Below are positions 50,289-60,158 of a stretch of 64,000 nt of DNA, in pieces. A program made the translations under genes and the position numbers. The stretch is from Parcubacteria bacterium C7867-005 (lineage in GTDB: Bacteria > Patescibacteriota > Minisyncoccia > Phycocordibacterales > Zambryskibacteraceae), in the NCBI GenBank assembly GCA_001189165.1, contig LFCO01000003.1, positions 190,984 to 254,983 on the forward strand, written 5' to 3'. Below the pieces are notes generated by a model, which had not been told where the DNA came from, did not search any database, and saw nothing but the letters and a program-made list of their open reading frames with translations. Each line of letters begins with the position of its first letter. The stretch's first letter is position 1.

Positions 50289-50972
50289 ATGGCAGATTTC
50301 AAAAAAGAGGCACCAAAGATGAATCTCTTTACTGAGCTTGTATTTTTCCTTGTAGCTATTTATTTTCTTTTGATCGTAGTCTACAGACTGTATGACTATG
50401 TGCTGTATTGGGGAGTAGATAATTTTTGGGCGGCAGTCGTCGTGTTCTTTGTAGAGAATCTATGGCCGGCCATAAGGCTGCTTGGAGCGGGGATGGTGAT
50501 TGCTTCAGTATTTGGGATAGTATATAACCAAGGACGTTTAAAAAAGTTGGTTAAAGAAGAACAGGCGATTTATAACCCCATAGCATCAAGCCGGGTGAAT
50601 GAGGAGGTTTTGATCCGAACGAATCCAAAGTGGGAAACAGTTCTAAAACATATTAACTCAGTGAATGTTTCAGATTGGAAGCTGGCTATTATTGAAGCGG
50701 ACATCATGCTTGATGAGCTTTTGCAGGTATCTGGTTACCATGGAGACAGTTTGGGGGAAATGTTGAAATCGGTAGAGAAGAGTGATTTCTTAACTATCGA
50801 ATCTGCGTGGGAGGCACATAAGATAAGAAACCAAATCACACACCAAGGAGCTGATTTTAACTTGAGCGAGAGAGAGGCGAAGAGGATTGTAGCACTTTAC
50901 GAATCAGTTTTTAGAGAATTTAGAATTATTGACTCGAGTGAGCCATTGCAAAATCCTATAAAAGGTGTATAA
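50289..50972 (+). CDS. Hypothetical membrane protein
   Basis: Two TM segments; AIIEAD..LD.LL, AWEAHKIRN.I.H. Confidence 0.75.
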   Translation: MADFKKEAPKMNLFTELVFFLVAIYFLLIVVYRLYDYVLYWGVDNFWAAVVVFFVENLWPAIRLLGAGMVIASVFGIVYNQGRLKKLVKEEQAIYNPIASSRVNEEVLIRTNPKWETVLKHINSVNVSDWKLAIIEADIMLDELLQVSGYHGDSLGEMLKSVEKSDFLTIESAWEAHKIRNQITHQGADFNLSEREAKRIVALYESVFREFRIIDSSEPLQNPIKGV

Positions 50973-50982
50973 TTCAGGAAAT

Positions 50983-51053
50983 AGCGGGTTGGAGGAGTAG
51001 TACCTCGACAGGCTCATAACCTGTAGGCATCCGTGCAAATCGGGTACCCGCAA
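50983..51053 (+). tRNA. tRNA-Met(CAU), probable initiator (atypical)
   Basis: A1:A72 mismatch; ACAGG-CT CAT AA-CCTGT; T-loop TGCAAAT. Confidence 0.8.
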
Positions 51054-51126
51054 CATTTCTGTCCTCGTTTTTGCTCCCTCGTTGAATAAAGGTGGTTTTC
51101 GTACTATAGTATTTTGGTTTTAACAC

Positions 51127-51203
51127 GTCGGCGTAGCTCAGTTGGTTAGAGCGTGGGACTCATAAGCCCAAGGTCGGAGGTTCGATCCCCCCCGCCGACA
51201 CCA
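51127..51203 (+). tRNA. tRNA with CAU anticodon, probable elongator Met
   Basis: GTCGGCG/CGCCGAC; CT CAT AA loop; TTCGATC; encoded CCA. Confidence 0.88.
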
Positions 51204-51249
51204 AACATAAAATACCTCGCTTTATGTGGGTTGTTTTATGTTTGATTTT

Positions 51250-51359
51250 GGGAGATCGAACAGGAGAGGGGGTCGGGGAGAAGCAGGGCGTCTCCCCGTG
51301 GAGGAAGGTCTGGAAAAACCGTGGGTTTCCCAAGAGTGAGATCAGCCCCCGCCGACACC
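51250..51359 (+). repeat. tRNA-associated structured mini-element, copy 2
   Basis: Shares ccgtggaggaagg and aaaaccgtgggtttcccaag with copy 1; ends in a 14-bp copy of the tRNA-Met 3' end. Confidence 0.8.
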
Positions 51360-51403
51360 CCAGATTGATTTAGGGCCATAAGTCTGCTATTTTATAGACC
51401 ATT

Positions 51404-51475
51404 GCGGCTGTAGCTCAACGGTAGAGCACTCCCCTGTCACGGGAGAGGCCGTGGGGTCAGCACCCATCAGCCGCG
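51404..51475 (+). tRNA. tRNA-Asp(GUC)
   Basis: GCGGCTG/CAGCCGC; CTCCC-CT GTC AC-GGGAG; G73; deviant T-loop GTCAGCA. Confidence 0.88.
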
Positions 51476-51480
51476 CTAGC

Positions 51481-51509
51481 GAAAAGAGTCCTAGAAATGG
51501 GACTCTTTC
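51481..51509 (+). terminator. Terminator after tRNA-Asp
   Basis: aaagagtcc...ggactcttt hairpin. Confidence 0.65.
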
Positions 51510-51551
51510 CTGTGCGGGTCTATAAGACATGGAGCTGGTATAATTTTTTGT

Positions 51552-51914
51552 ATGAGAGACTATAAAGAGTTAATTTTTGAGCTAGAAAATAAGCTTCAGC
51601 ATCCAGAGGTTCGGAAATCTGTGCAGGAGCTTGATGGGTTAATATCAAATGATCTAATTGAGTTTGGAAGTTCTGGGCAAGTCTATACGAAGAAAGATGT
51701 GCTTGTGAATCTTCCAAGCTCTACAGAGATCAAATTTAACATGACTGATTTCGATGTTATTGCTCTGGGTCCAGACATTGTTCAGTCGCGTTTCAAGACC
51801 GAAAAGACAAATTTGCAGACAGGAGAAATTACCAGATCGCAGAGAAGTTCTCTTTGGCGAAATGAGAATGGAAAATGGAAAATGATATTTCACCAAGGCA
51901 CACCCACGAAGTGA
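51552..51914 (+). CDS. DUF4440/NTF2-like protein
   Basis: LIEFGSSG, RSSLW...WKMIFHQGT. Confidence 0.85.
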   Translation: MRDYKELIFELENKLQHPEVRKSVQELDGLISNDLIEFGSSGQVYTKKDVLVNLPSSTEIKFNMTDFDVIALGPDIVQSRFKTEKTNLQTGEITRSQRSSLWRNENGKWKMIFHQGTPTK

Positions 51915-51968
51915 CTATCGGATGATTGAGTATCACCGTAATCCTATCCATCTGTTACAATTAAACAA

Positions 51969-52268
51969 ATGCCTGAAGGAACACCAGACCAAGAAAGTAC
52001 AGAATCGCTCAGACAAAGAGTGGTCGAAGCACTTAGGCAGAGTACAGAAGATCTGTCTTTGTTGAATGAATTCCTTGATAGACGACAACTTGAAGTGGGG
52101 GACAGCAGACAGGGTATGATGCTGAATGTTGAGGTTGCTCATATGTATAAAGAAGCAGGTTTAAAAGAATTAGCTAAAGAGGCTTTCCTGGATGCAGCAG
52201 AACAAGCATGGCATGAAAGAGACGATGATCTGTTTGAGAAATTAACCGAAGAGGCAAACGCACTTTAA
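51969..52268 (+). CDS. Hypothetical acidic helical protein
   Basis: 99-aa ORF; TACAAT shortly before ATG. Confidence 0.6.
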   Translation: MPEGTPDQESTESLRQRVVEALRQSTEDLSLLNEFLDRRQLEVGDSRQGMMLNVEVAHMYKEAGLKELAKEAFLDAAEQAWHERDDDLFEKLTEEANAL

Positions 52269-52339
52269 CTACCACAGGTATCGCTAGGCCTTGTCTAATA
52301 CATTAGATTTACGAGGTCTGGAACTGGTATAATTTGTGT

Positions 52340-52921
52340 ATGAAGAAAGTTATTTTGGTTCATGGATGGGATGGCTCGCCACAAAATGATTGGTTTCCTT
52401 GGGCAGCAAAAGAATTAAATAAAATGGGGTATGACGTGGTTGTACCTCTTATGCCTAACCCAGCGCGGCCCGAGATAGAATCTTGGTTAAACAAGTTATC
52501 TGACGTCGTGGGCGATGTTGATGAGGAAACTGTTTTTATTGGACACAGTATAGGTTGTCAGGCTGTATTGAGGTTTATGGAAAGATTGGAAAAACATAAA
52601 AAAGTTTCCAAGATAATTTTGGTGGCTCCGTGGATGGCTTTGGACGAGGAAACAATCAAAGAGGAAGGAGAGGAATCAATAGAGATTTCTAAGCCCTGGA
52701 TAGAAACACCAATTGATTTTAATAAGGTAAAAATTCATGCGGACAAATTTGTCGCTTTGTTTTCAGATGATGATCCGTTTGTTCCTCTCAATCAAAAAGA
52801 TGTATTTGATAAAGCGTTGTCGGCTAAAATAATGGTTCAGCACGGTATGGGACATTTTACTCAGTCAGATAACGTATATGATCTGCCTATAATCTTGGAT
52901 TTAGTCTCAGTTCAGGGATAA
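52340..52921 (+). CDS. RBBP9/YdeN-family alpha/beta hydrolase
   Basis: VHGW, WFPW, GHSIG, SDDDPFVP, GHF. Confidence 0.88.
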   Translation: MKKVILVHGWDGSPQNDWFPWAAKELNKMGYDVVVPLMPNPARPEIESWLNKLSDVVGDVDEETVFIGHSIGCQAVLRFMERLEKHKKVSKIILVAPWMALDEETIKEEGEESIEISKPWIETPIDFNKVKIHADKFVALFSDDDPFVPLNQKDVFDKALSAKIMVQHGMGHFTQSDNVYDLPIILDLVSVQG

Positions 52922-52979
52922 TTTATTATTTTTAGTTCTAAATTATCCACTAGCTCTACTCATTTGCTATAATGAATAG

Positions 52980-53684
52980 ATGACACATACAAAGAAGCCG
53001 CAGTGGTCGCTTATCTCCATGCTCGTTATTTTGGCTGTAGGCGTAGTGATATTCTTTAGACCAGGAGGCATAGAAGATAGTTACCCAGTAGCCACATCTA
53101 CTCCGTCTGTCGTAGGACAGAGCACAAATACTTTTCCAACCAAGGAACCTCTTTATGGGGCGATAGCTTTACGAATTGGTGAAGTCGGAGTGTTTAGGAA
53201 TCTATCTATCACCCCCAAAGTAGTTGTAGAAGATAGCAGGTGCCCTATGGATGCTCAGTGTATTTGGTCCGGTAGGTTTAGGGTTGCTGTAGAGGTGGTG
53301 TCGGCTATGGGTACGAGTACCCAGACGATGGAAGTTGGTGATTCTATGACCACGGAAGCAGAGGAAATAAAATTTGTGAATGTGATACCTGGAAATAAAT
53401 CTGCCTCAGGAATCTCTCTTGGCGAATACCGTATGACATTTGAGGTGTCCAAAAAAGAGATAAGTACAAAACCTACTCCGGCACCTATAAGTAAGAAGTG
53501 TTTTGTGGGTGGATGCTCTGGGCAGATATGTTCGGACAGAACCGACATGGTGTCTACGTGTGAATGGAGGTCAGATTATGCTTGCTATCAAACAGCGAAA
53601 TGTGAAGTACAGGCGGGAGGTCAGTGTGGTTGGACACAGACAAATGAGCTTCAAATGTGTTTAGAGAATCCGCCCGCACTTTGA
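52980..53684 (+). CDS. Exported protein with a Cys-rich (eight-cysteine-cluster-like) C-terminal domain
   Basis: N-terminal TM; EDSRCP..QCIW.G; CFVGGCSGQICS...STCEW...ACY..C...QCGW. Confidence 0.75.
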   Translation: MTHTKKPQWSLISMLVILAVGVVIFFRPGGIEDSYPVATSTPSVVGQSTNTFPTKEPLYGAIALRIGEVGVFRNLSITPKVVVEDSRCPMDAQCIWSGRFRVAVEVVSAMGTSTQTMEVGDSMTTEAEEIKFVNVIPGNKSASGISLGEYRMTFEVSKKEISTKPTPAPISKKCFVGGCSGQICSDRTDMVSTCEWRSDYACYQTAKCEVQAGGQCGWTQTNELQMCLENPPAL

Positions 53685-53722
53685 TAAGAGGTCGGTTTTA
53701 TAATAGTATATGACCTGTCTTG

Positions 53723-53798
53723 GCCAAGATAGCTCAGTCGGTAGAGCACTTCCATGGTAAGGAAGAGGTCCCCGGTTCGATCCCGGGTCTTGGCTCCA
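53723..53798 (+). tRNA. tRNA-Thr(GGU)
   Basis: GCCAAGA/TCTTGGC; CTTCC-AT GGT AA-GGAAG; CCA. Confidence 0.93.
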
Positions 53799-53821
53799 CT
53801 GATAACAAGTTGGTCAATACT

Positions 53822-53894
53822 GCCAAAGTAGCTCAGTTGGTAGAGCAACCCCTTCGTAAGGGGTAGGTCGTGAGTTCGATTCTCACCTTTGGCT
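53822..53894 (+). tRNA. tRNA-Thr(CGU)
   Basis: GCCAAAG/CTTTGGC; ACCCC-TT CGT AA-GGGGT. Confidence 0.93.
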
Positions 53895-53900
53895 CCGTAT

Positions 53901-54779
53901 ATGAATACAAAAGAAGAAATACAAAATAGAATAAATGCCATAGAAGAGAGGATGACTCGTCCAGATTTTTGGAACGATAAGGACGCAGCACAGGGTGCCA
54001 TAAAGGAACTGCAGAGCTTGAAGGATGAACTTGAGGGGGTGGGTAAGTACGACAAGGGGGATGCGGTGGTGACCATTTTCTCTGGAGCTGGTGGAGATGA
54101 TGCAGAAGATTTCTCCGGGATTCTGTTACAGATGTATCTAAAATTTTTCGATAGAAAAGGTTGGAATTATTTTGTGTTGCATAAAAATGAGAATGACCAC
54201 GGAGGCTACAGGAACATCACCTTGGAGGTTGGGGGTAAGGGTGTATACGGCACTTTGAAAAACGAATCCGGCGTGCATCGCTTGGTCCGCATCTCTCCAT
54301 TCAATGCCAAACAACTCCGTCACACTTCTTTCTCTATGGTAGAGGTCATCCCCAAATTCGAAAAACCAGATGAGATAGATATCCCCCCAGACGACATCCG
54401 CGTCGAGTATTCCAAATCTTCTGGTCCAGGAGGACAAAATGTGAACAAGAGAGAGACGGCTGTGAGGGTTGTGCATATACCCACTAACCTCGCTGTTCAT
54501 GTGGAGACAGAGAGGTCCCAAGCACAAAATAAGGAGAGGGCTCTTGCGATGTTGTCTGCAAAACTCTACAAGCTTCAAGACGAAGAGCGCAAAGCCAAAG
54601 AGAGGGGCATGTATGTATCCAAAACTACCCAGATAGAATGGGGGAGTCAAATTCGTTCGTATGTACTCCATCCGTACAAGATGGTGAAGGACCACCGTAC
54701 TGATGTAGAAGTAAGGGATGTGGAGAAAGTTTTGGACGGTAACCTCGATGAGTTCATCGAAGCAGAAAAGAATCTATAG
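53901..54779 (+). CDS. prfB: Peptide chain release factor 2 (short form)
   Basis: SPF motif, GGQ, WGSQIRSY; shortened domain 1. Confidence 0.9.
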   Translation: MNTKEEIQNRINAIEERMTRPDFWNDKDAAQGAIKELQSLKDELEGVGKYDKGDAVVTIFSGAGGDDAEDFSGILLQMYLKFFDRKGWNYFVLHKNENDHGGYRNITLEVGGKGVYGTLKNESGVHRLVRISPFNAKQLRHTSFSMVEVIPKFEKPDEIDIPPDDIRVEYSKSSGPGGQNVNKRETAVRVVHIPTNLAVHVETERSQAQNKERALAMLSAKLYKLQDEERKAKERGMYVSKTTQIEWGSQIRSYVLHPYKMVKDHRTDVEVRDVEKVLDGNLDEFIEAEKNL

Positions 54780-54818
54780 GAACTTGGCCCATCTCTCTTT
54801 GGATGATAAAATAGAAGG

Positions 54819-55499
54819 ATGATTTTCTTTGACCGAGTAAGTAAGGTTTACCCGGATAGTTCGATAGCTCTTGAAAATGTCACTTTCTCTATAGAGCCGA
54901 GTGAGTTTGTCTCTATCGTGGGTCAATCTGGAGCGGGCAAGACCACTCTCCTGAAGATGTTCTTGGCTGAAGAGAAACCGAGTCAGGGCAAGGTATTTTA
55001 TGAATCTACAGATGTTCATACTCTGAGGAAAAATGAGATAAACAAGTTTCGACGCAAGGTGGGGATGATATTTCAAGATTTCAGACTGCTTCCAGACAAA
55101 ACTGTTTATGAGAACATCGCCTTCACCATGGAAGCAGCGGGCAGACCAGATCATGAGATAGAAGCAGACGTGCCATACGTCCTCGAGTTAGTAGACCTTT
55201 CGTCCAAAATCTGGAATTTCCCCAGCGAGCTTTCAGGTGGGGAGAAACAACGCGTGGCCATCGCTCGTGCTCTGGTGAACAATCCGGACATCATCATCGC
55301 CGATGAACCTACAGGGAACCTCGATCCGATGAATACTTATGATATCGTCCAGATCCTAAAGAAAATAAACGACCTCGGCACCACAGTCATACTGACTACC
55401 CACAACAAGGGGATCATAGATTCACTCGGCAAACGTGTTATTGCCATAGAAAAGGGTAAAATAATAAGGGACGACAAAGACGGCAAATATTTTGCCTAA
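54819..55499 (+). CDS. ftsE: Cell division ABC ATPase FtsE
   Basis: [33 protein letters not shown]. Confidence 0.92.
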   Translation: MIFFDRVSKVYPDSSIALENVTFSIEPSEFVSIVGQSGAGKTTLLKMFLAEEKPSQGKVFYESTDVHTLRKNEINKFRRKVGMIFQDFRLLPDKTVYENIAFTMEAAGRPDHEIEADVPYVLELVDLSSKIWNFPSELSGGEKQRVAIARALVNNPDIIIADEPTGNLDPMNTYDIVQILKKINDLGTTVILTTHNKGIIDSLGKRVIAIEKGKIIRDDKDGKYFA

Positions 55500-55513
55500 T
55501 TTATTTTAAAAAG

Positions 55514-56440
55514 ATGTTTTGGACAAATATCAAAAGAATAATCAGGACCGGTTTCTTTAACTTCTGGAGGAATGGGACAGTCTCCCTCGCCTCTGTTTTG
55601 GTCATGATGGTTACTTTGTTAGTCATTGGTTTTTTGATTTTTGGTAGTGCTATTTTGAATACATCACTTTCTGAACTTAGGGATAAAGTAGATATCAATG
55701 TCACTTTCGTACCCGAAGCAGTCGAATCAGACATATTAAACATCGAACATTCCCTCGAAGGTTTACCCGCCGTATCTATGGTCACTTATGTTTCTAGAGA
55801 ACAAGCTCTAGAGGATTTCAAGATCAGGCACGCAAATGACCAGTCAATCCTCGCCGCCTTGGATGAACTTCGGGATAACCCGCTTGGTGCCACACTAAAT
55901 ATAAAAGCCAAAGATCCATCACAATACGAATCCATTGCTTTATTCCTTGAGGGCAAGAACACACTGTCTTCTTCTGGAGTTACCATCGTCGACCATGTAA
56001 ATTATTATCAGAACAAAATAGCCATAGATAAACTCACCAAGATAATAGATTCTACAAACAGATTAGGATTTGCGGTCACTATCGCATTCATTATCCTATC
56101 TGTTCTGATCGCATTTAATACAATTCGTCTCACTATCTATATAGCCAAGGAAGAAATCGCCGTGATGCGTCTTGTCGGTGCCTCGAATCTATACATTCAA
56201 GGTCCATTTGTGGTTCTCGGGGTTATTTATGGCCTGGTGGCGGGGATTACTACCTTGTTTGTTTTCCTCCCTATAACTTATTGGATAGGGCAGATAACTA
56301 CGAATTTCTTCGTCGGATTTAACCTTTTCCACTACTACCTCAAGGAGTTTCCACAGATATTCGTTCTGATCCTCCTGTCTGGGGTGTTCGTGGGTGCCCT
56401 GTCGAGTATCTTGGCTATTCGTAGGTATTTGAGGGTATAA
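55514..56440 (+). CDS. ftsX: Cell division permease FtsX
   Basis: NTIRL.I...EI.VMRLVGA....I.GPF; follows ftsE. Confidence 0.9.
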   Translation: MFWTNIKRIIRTGFFNFWRNGTVSLASVLVMMVTLLVIGFLIFGSAILNTSLSELRDKVDINVTFVPEAVESDILNIEHSLEGLPAVSMVTYVSREQALEDFKIRHANDQSILAALDELRDNPLGATLNIKAKDPSQYESIALFLEGKNTLSSSGVTIVDHVNYYQNKIAIDKLTKIIDSTNRLGFAVTIAFIILSVLIAFNTIRLTIYIAKEEIAVMRLVGASNLYIQGPFVVLGVIYGLVAGITTLFVFLPITYWIGQITTNFFVGFNLFHYYLKEFPQIFVLILLSGVFVGALSSILAIRRYLRV

Positions 56441-56481
56441 TAAGTAGGTATTAAATTTATATTAAATTCTAAAGTTAAAGT

Positions 56482-56937
56482 ATGAAAAAGAACAAAGCCG
56501 GATTCACCCTTATTGAACTTTTAGTGGTTATAGCTATCATCGGGATATTATCATCTGTAGTTCTCTCTTCTTTAAATCAGGCGCGCGCGAAGGGTAAGGA
56601 TGGTGCAGCCAAGGCAGATTTGGCCAGTATCAGATCTCAAGCAGCTCTTTATTTTGATGATAACAACCAGAGTTATGGAACCGCGGGTATCGCCTGTGAC
56701 ACGGCCGGCAGTGTGTTCGATCCACTTGCCACAAGTAACCTGAACGGCATAATCCTCGATGCAGAGGGCAAGGTGAATGCGACAGCAACCTGTGCAAACG
56801 ACGATGTTTCTTATGTAGTCGCCCTACCGCTCTTGAGTGGGGATGTGTGGTGTGTAGACTCTACTGGGGTGGCCAGTACAACCTCTCTTGCCCTTACAGG
56901 CACTGGAAGTGTCGAGGAGTTGATTGCTTGCCAGTAG
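56482..56937 (+). CDS. Type IV pilin paralog
   Basis: GFTLIELLVVIAIIGILSSVVL; WCVDS. Confidence 0.88.
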   Translation: MKKNKAGFTLIELLVVIAIIGILSSVVLSSLNQARAKGKDGAAKADLASIRSQAALYFDDNNQSYGTAGIACDTAGSVFDPLATSNLNGIILDAEGKVNATATCANDDVSYVVALPLLSGDVWCVDSTGVASTTSLALTGTGSVEELIACQ

Positions 56938-57008
56938 GCTCTAATTCTTGAAATAGAGGCCGATTTGGGCTATTGTTTCTTCGTATTGGCCTAGTTCGCC
57001 TTTATTAT

Positions 57009-57079
57009 TGCCGATTCGTCTAATGGTAGGACGACCGCCTCTGGAGCGGTTAATTGGGGTTCGAGTCCCTGATCGGCAG
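57009..57079 (+). tRNA. tRNA-Gln(CUG)
   Basis: TGCCGAT/ATCGGCA; ACCGC-CT CTG GA-GCGGT; TTCGAGT. Confidence 0.92.
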
Positions 57080-57098
57080 CTCGTGATATTCTGAGTAT

Positions 57099-57782
57099 AT
57101 GGAGGACGTAGATTTAGCATTAATAGATGCTTGTGAATATTTTAAAGATCGTGGGGTGGTTTCTGCGTATCGATGGGGTTCTTCTGTTCGGAATGATTAT
57201 CGTCCGGGGATCAGTGATTTTGATAACCTCATAATTGTTGATGATGTTAAACGCCCCCCAACAGAAACAGAGTTCAAGGAATATATTGATAGAAACTACC
57301 CCCAATTGTTTCGTTTTCATGTTAACTATCTTTCGCTCGATGAGATAGAAGGTAACACACCACATAATAAGCTTATTAAATTATTTCCTGTCGATTATCT
57401 TCTTGATCAATTTCACACCTGGAAATATGTTTGGGGAAGGAGATTTAGTAGAGAAGATTTTAAAATTAATCCGTGGAATACTGAAGAAATTATTCAATAC
57501 CACAAGAAATTCGCCCTGGATCAATTTAAGGACATTGAATCAAAATACTCCACGGGCCTCCACTATCTTCCAGTAAAAAGCTGTATCGTTCTCTGTTACC
57601 ATCTTCATAAGAAAATTAAAGGAGATCATGAATATAATTATTTAACCATATTAAACAACGTAACTGACCAAACCAAAGATATGTTACCGCTTCTTATGGA
57701 TCTTCGGGCAGAGCAGTATCCTGTAGAGAAGGTCAGGGTTTCAGTGTCGGCGATTATAGAGTGGTTAGAGAAAAAAGTTTAA
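57099..57782 (+). CDS. Pol-beta superfamily nucleotidyltransferase
   Basis: WGS...DY.PG.SDFD.LIIV. Confidence 0.75.
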   Translation: MEDVDLALIDACEYFKDRGVVSAYRWGSSVRNDYRPGISDFDNLIIVDDVKRPPTETEFKEYIDRNYPQLFRFHVNYLSLDEIEGNTPHNKLIKLFPVDYLLDQFHTWKYVWGRRFSREDFKINPWNTEEIIQYHKKFALDQFKDIESKYSTGLHYLPVKSCIVLCYHLHKKIKGDHEYNYLTILNNVTDQTKDMLPLLMDLRAEQYPVEKVRVSVSAIIEWLEKKV

Positions 57783-57865
57783 GCTTTTTTGAATAAGGGT
57801 TCCCAACTTCGTACCATGAGGTCAGTTAGCTTGACAGGGATTAAGTTTAAATGTAAACCAGATAT

Positions 57866-58621
57866 GTGAACAAATCGGAACTAAAAGTGGTTTTAATCTG
57901 CGGGGGGAAGGGGACCAGAGTCTCTGAGCTTACAGGTGCTGTAAGCCCTAAATCGTTAATCAGGTTAAGTAAAAAGGTGTCTAGGCCTCTTGTTGCGTAT
58001 CAACTAGACCAACTAAAGAGGGCCGGAGTTAAGAGTGTTCTACTCGTACTCGAGAATGATTGGCAGGTTCCAATTTTCAAACACTCGATAAGATCGGGAG
58101 AGTTTCCTGGTATGAACTACTCTTTTAGCACCTGTTTTACTCTCCATCCTTTTTCTATCTTTTCCCATCCAGACATAACAAAATTTATAGGCCGATCTAA
58201 TTTCCTGGTCTCCTACGGGGATATCTACTACTCTCTAGACATTCTAGGAAAAATGAAAAAATTGTTATCAAGGAACAACACTTCAGTCGCATGTGGTATG
58301 TATTCAAAAAGTAAGCGCTGGAGAAAGGGTAAAAAATTTATAACCTTCTCTAAAAATAATAAAGGAGAAGTGGTCAATATAGGGTATTCGGACAAGGCAG
58401 ATTTTACAATCCACGCCCCCTTTTTATTCAAACACAAAGCACTGGGGACAATTTTAAGACGGGCAAAGCTTAACTCGGCCAGAACTATTCCGATCCTTTC
58501 CGACCTCATAGGAACGAGTAATTTGTCTGTGGTTACCCCACGGCGGTTGGTTAATTTAACTACTTTGCAGGATGCTAAAAATGTTGAAGGAGCAATAAGA
58601 GAAGGGCATTTAAACCAATAA
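57866..58621 (+). CDS. Sugar-phosphate nucleotidyltransferase (NTP_transferase)
   Basis: ICGGKGTR...PKSL, FLVSYGD. Confidence 0.75.
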   Translation: MNKSELKVVLICGGKGTRVSELTGAVSPKSLIRLSKKVSRPLVAYQLDQLKRAGVKSVLLVLENDWQVPIFKHSIRSGEFPGMNYSFSTCFTLHPFSIFSHPDITKFIGRSNFLVSYGDIYYSLDILGKMKKLLSRNNTSVACGMYSKSKRWRKGKKFITFSKNNKGEVVNIGYSDKADFTIHAPFLFKHKALGTILRRAKLNSARTIPILSDLIGTSNLSVVTPRRLVNLTTLQDAKNVEGAIREGHLNQ

Positions 58622-58668
58622 AATTCGAACATCGTACCAGACGGGCAGCTCGTGATATTCTAGAGATA

Positions 58669-59631
58669 ATGGAAAAAACCAAATTTCAACTCATTATTGA
58701 AGCCACGAAAGAAATAGATGATCTATTTGAAAATACCTCAACAATGAATGAGAAGTTTTCTCTTGTGTTTCCAGTTCCCAAAAGTGGAAACCATAGAGAG
58801 ACAATAGATTCTTACCTATATCGCTCCAGTGAGATAGAAAACCTGGATCTTGGTAATTCTTTTGTAATCTGCGACGAGAATCTTAAAAATACTTTTGTTA
58901 ATGAAGTATTAAATGGTAAAGATATTTACTATATAAATTCTGCAGAGGGGGATATAAAAGAAATTGGAACCTTGGGTAAATTTATCGACGGTCACCAAAA
59001 TGAAATTGTTGATAAGAGCAGAATTGTAGCCATGGGTGGTGGAATTATTTTAAATATCACTGCATATATTGCGGAAAAGTTTACCAAAGATTTGGTATAT
59101 ATACCCACAACAATAATATCAATGTCTGATGGAAGCATGGGTGGAAAAGTAAGAGTGAATAAAATTGAAGGTAACATATTCATTAAACACTTCTATAAAA
59201 GCTTTTATGAGCCCAATGAAATTTTAATCGATAAGAGGTTTCTTAACTCTCTGTCTGAAGAGGGAATAAGGGTGGGCGTGGCTGAAGTTGTTAAACACGG
59301 GGTATACCAATCAGCAAAACTCTTAGAGTACCTGAATTCACAGAAATTTAACCCCCATGAAGATAAAGATAGTTTATGGAAAGCGATTCTGTGGACGGCC
59401 TCATTGAAAAAAGTTTGCTTAGATATTGATTACGAAGAAACAAAAGAAGGGTCGAATATTATTCTAAGGGGTGGGCATGATATCTCGGATAAGATTGAGG
59501 AGGAGTCTCGTTTTACTATTCACCACGGCAGGGCGGTAACTATGGGAATGTGGCAAGATTTAGAGTCAGCTAACTCGATTACTCCAGCTATTGAAGCGAT
59601 TTATTCTAAATTAGGTCTCGCCAAGGCCTAG
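58669..59631 (+). CDS. 3-dehydroquinate synthase-like sugar phosphate cyclase
   Basis: GGGII, IPTT...D.S.GGK, AEVVKHG, GH, HG.AV..G. Confidence 0.75.
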   Translation: MEKTKFQLIIEATKEIDDLFENTSTMNEKFSLVFPVPKSGNHRETIDSYLYRSSEIENLDLGNSFVICDENLKNTFVNEVLNGKDIYYINSAEGDIKEIGTLGKFIDGHQNEIVDKSRIVAMGGGIILNITAYIAEKFTKDLVYIPTTIISMSDGSMGGKVRVNKIEGNIFIKHFYKSFYEPNEILIDKRFLNSLSEEGIRVGVAEVVKHGVYQSAKLLEYLNSQKFNPHEDKDSLWKAILWTASLKKVCLDIDYEETKEGSNIILRGGHDISDKIEEESRFTIHHGRAVTMGMWQDLESANSITPAIEAIYSKLGLAKA

Positions 59632-59736
59632 AAAAGTTTCAACTTCGTATTACAATGTCATTAAATTGACTTCTATCTTTTTGTGTGATTTTATCTTGAA
59701 AGAGTACGGTTAAGTCACCCTTACCGCCAAGGTTCT

Positions 59737-60075
59737 ATGCCGAATACCAAGAAGAGGAGACCGTCCGTTCGAAGTAAGAGGAAGATCGAATTCGTGAGCC
59801 ATGAATACAAGCTCTGTGACCCCATGTCCTCCGATGGCCCCATTTTCGGGGAGGTGACAACGGTCAGGGTTCGTGAGGGAACTATCCTCTACCTTCAATG
59901 CTGGAATGGCGAAAGGTCTAGTGAGTACGGGCTAGTGCCTGGCTTCATCGCTTCTCCCTGGTACAAAAGGGGGAGCAGGAGAGCCGCGCTAGTGAACCCG
60001 CTCACAGAAGCCGGCAGGAAGAAGTACGCGAAGAAGTTCGGCAAGCTTCTCAGGGGGAATGTCAATTTCTGGTAA
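59737..60075 (+). CDS. Hypothetical protein (GC-rich orphan)
   Basis: 112-aa ORF; TTGAC upstream; hairpin 60077-60098 plus T-run. Confidence 0.6.
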   Translation: MPNTKKRRPSVRSKRKIEFVSHEYKLCDPMSSDGPIFGEVTTVRVREGTILYLQCWNGERSSEYGLVPGFIASPWYKRGSRRAALVNPLTEAGRKKYAKKFGKLLRGNVNFW

Positions 60076-60158
60076 TCCGCCCGGCATAATGCTGGCGGTT
60101 CTTTTTAAAATAAGCCACAGGCTCATTCTAAGTGGTAGGCTCGTGATATTCTTAAAAT

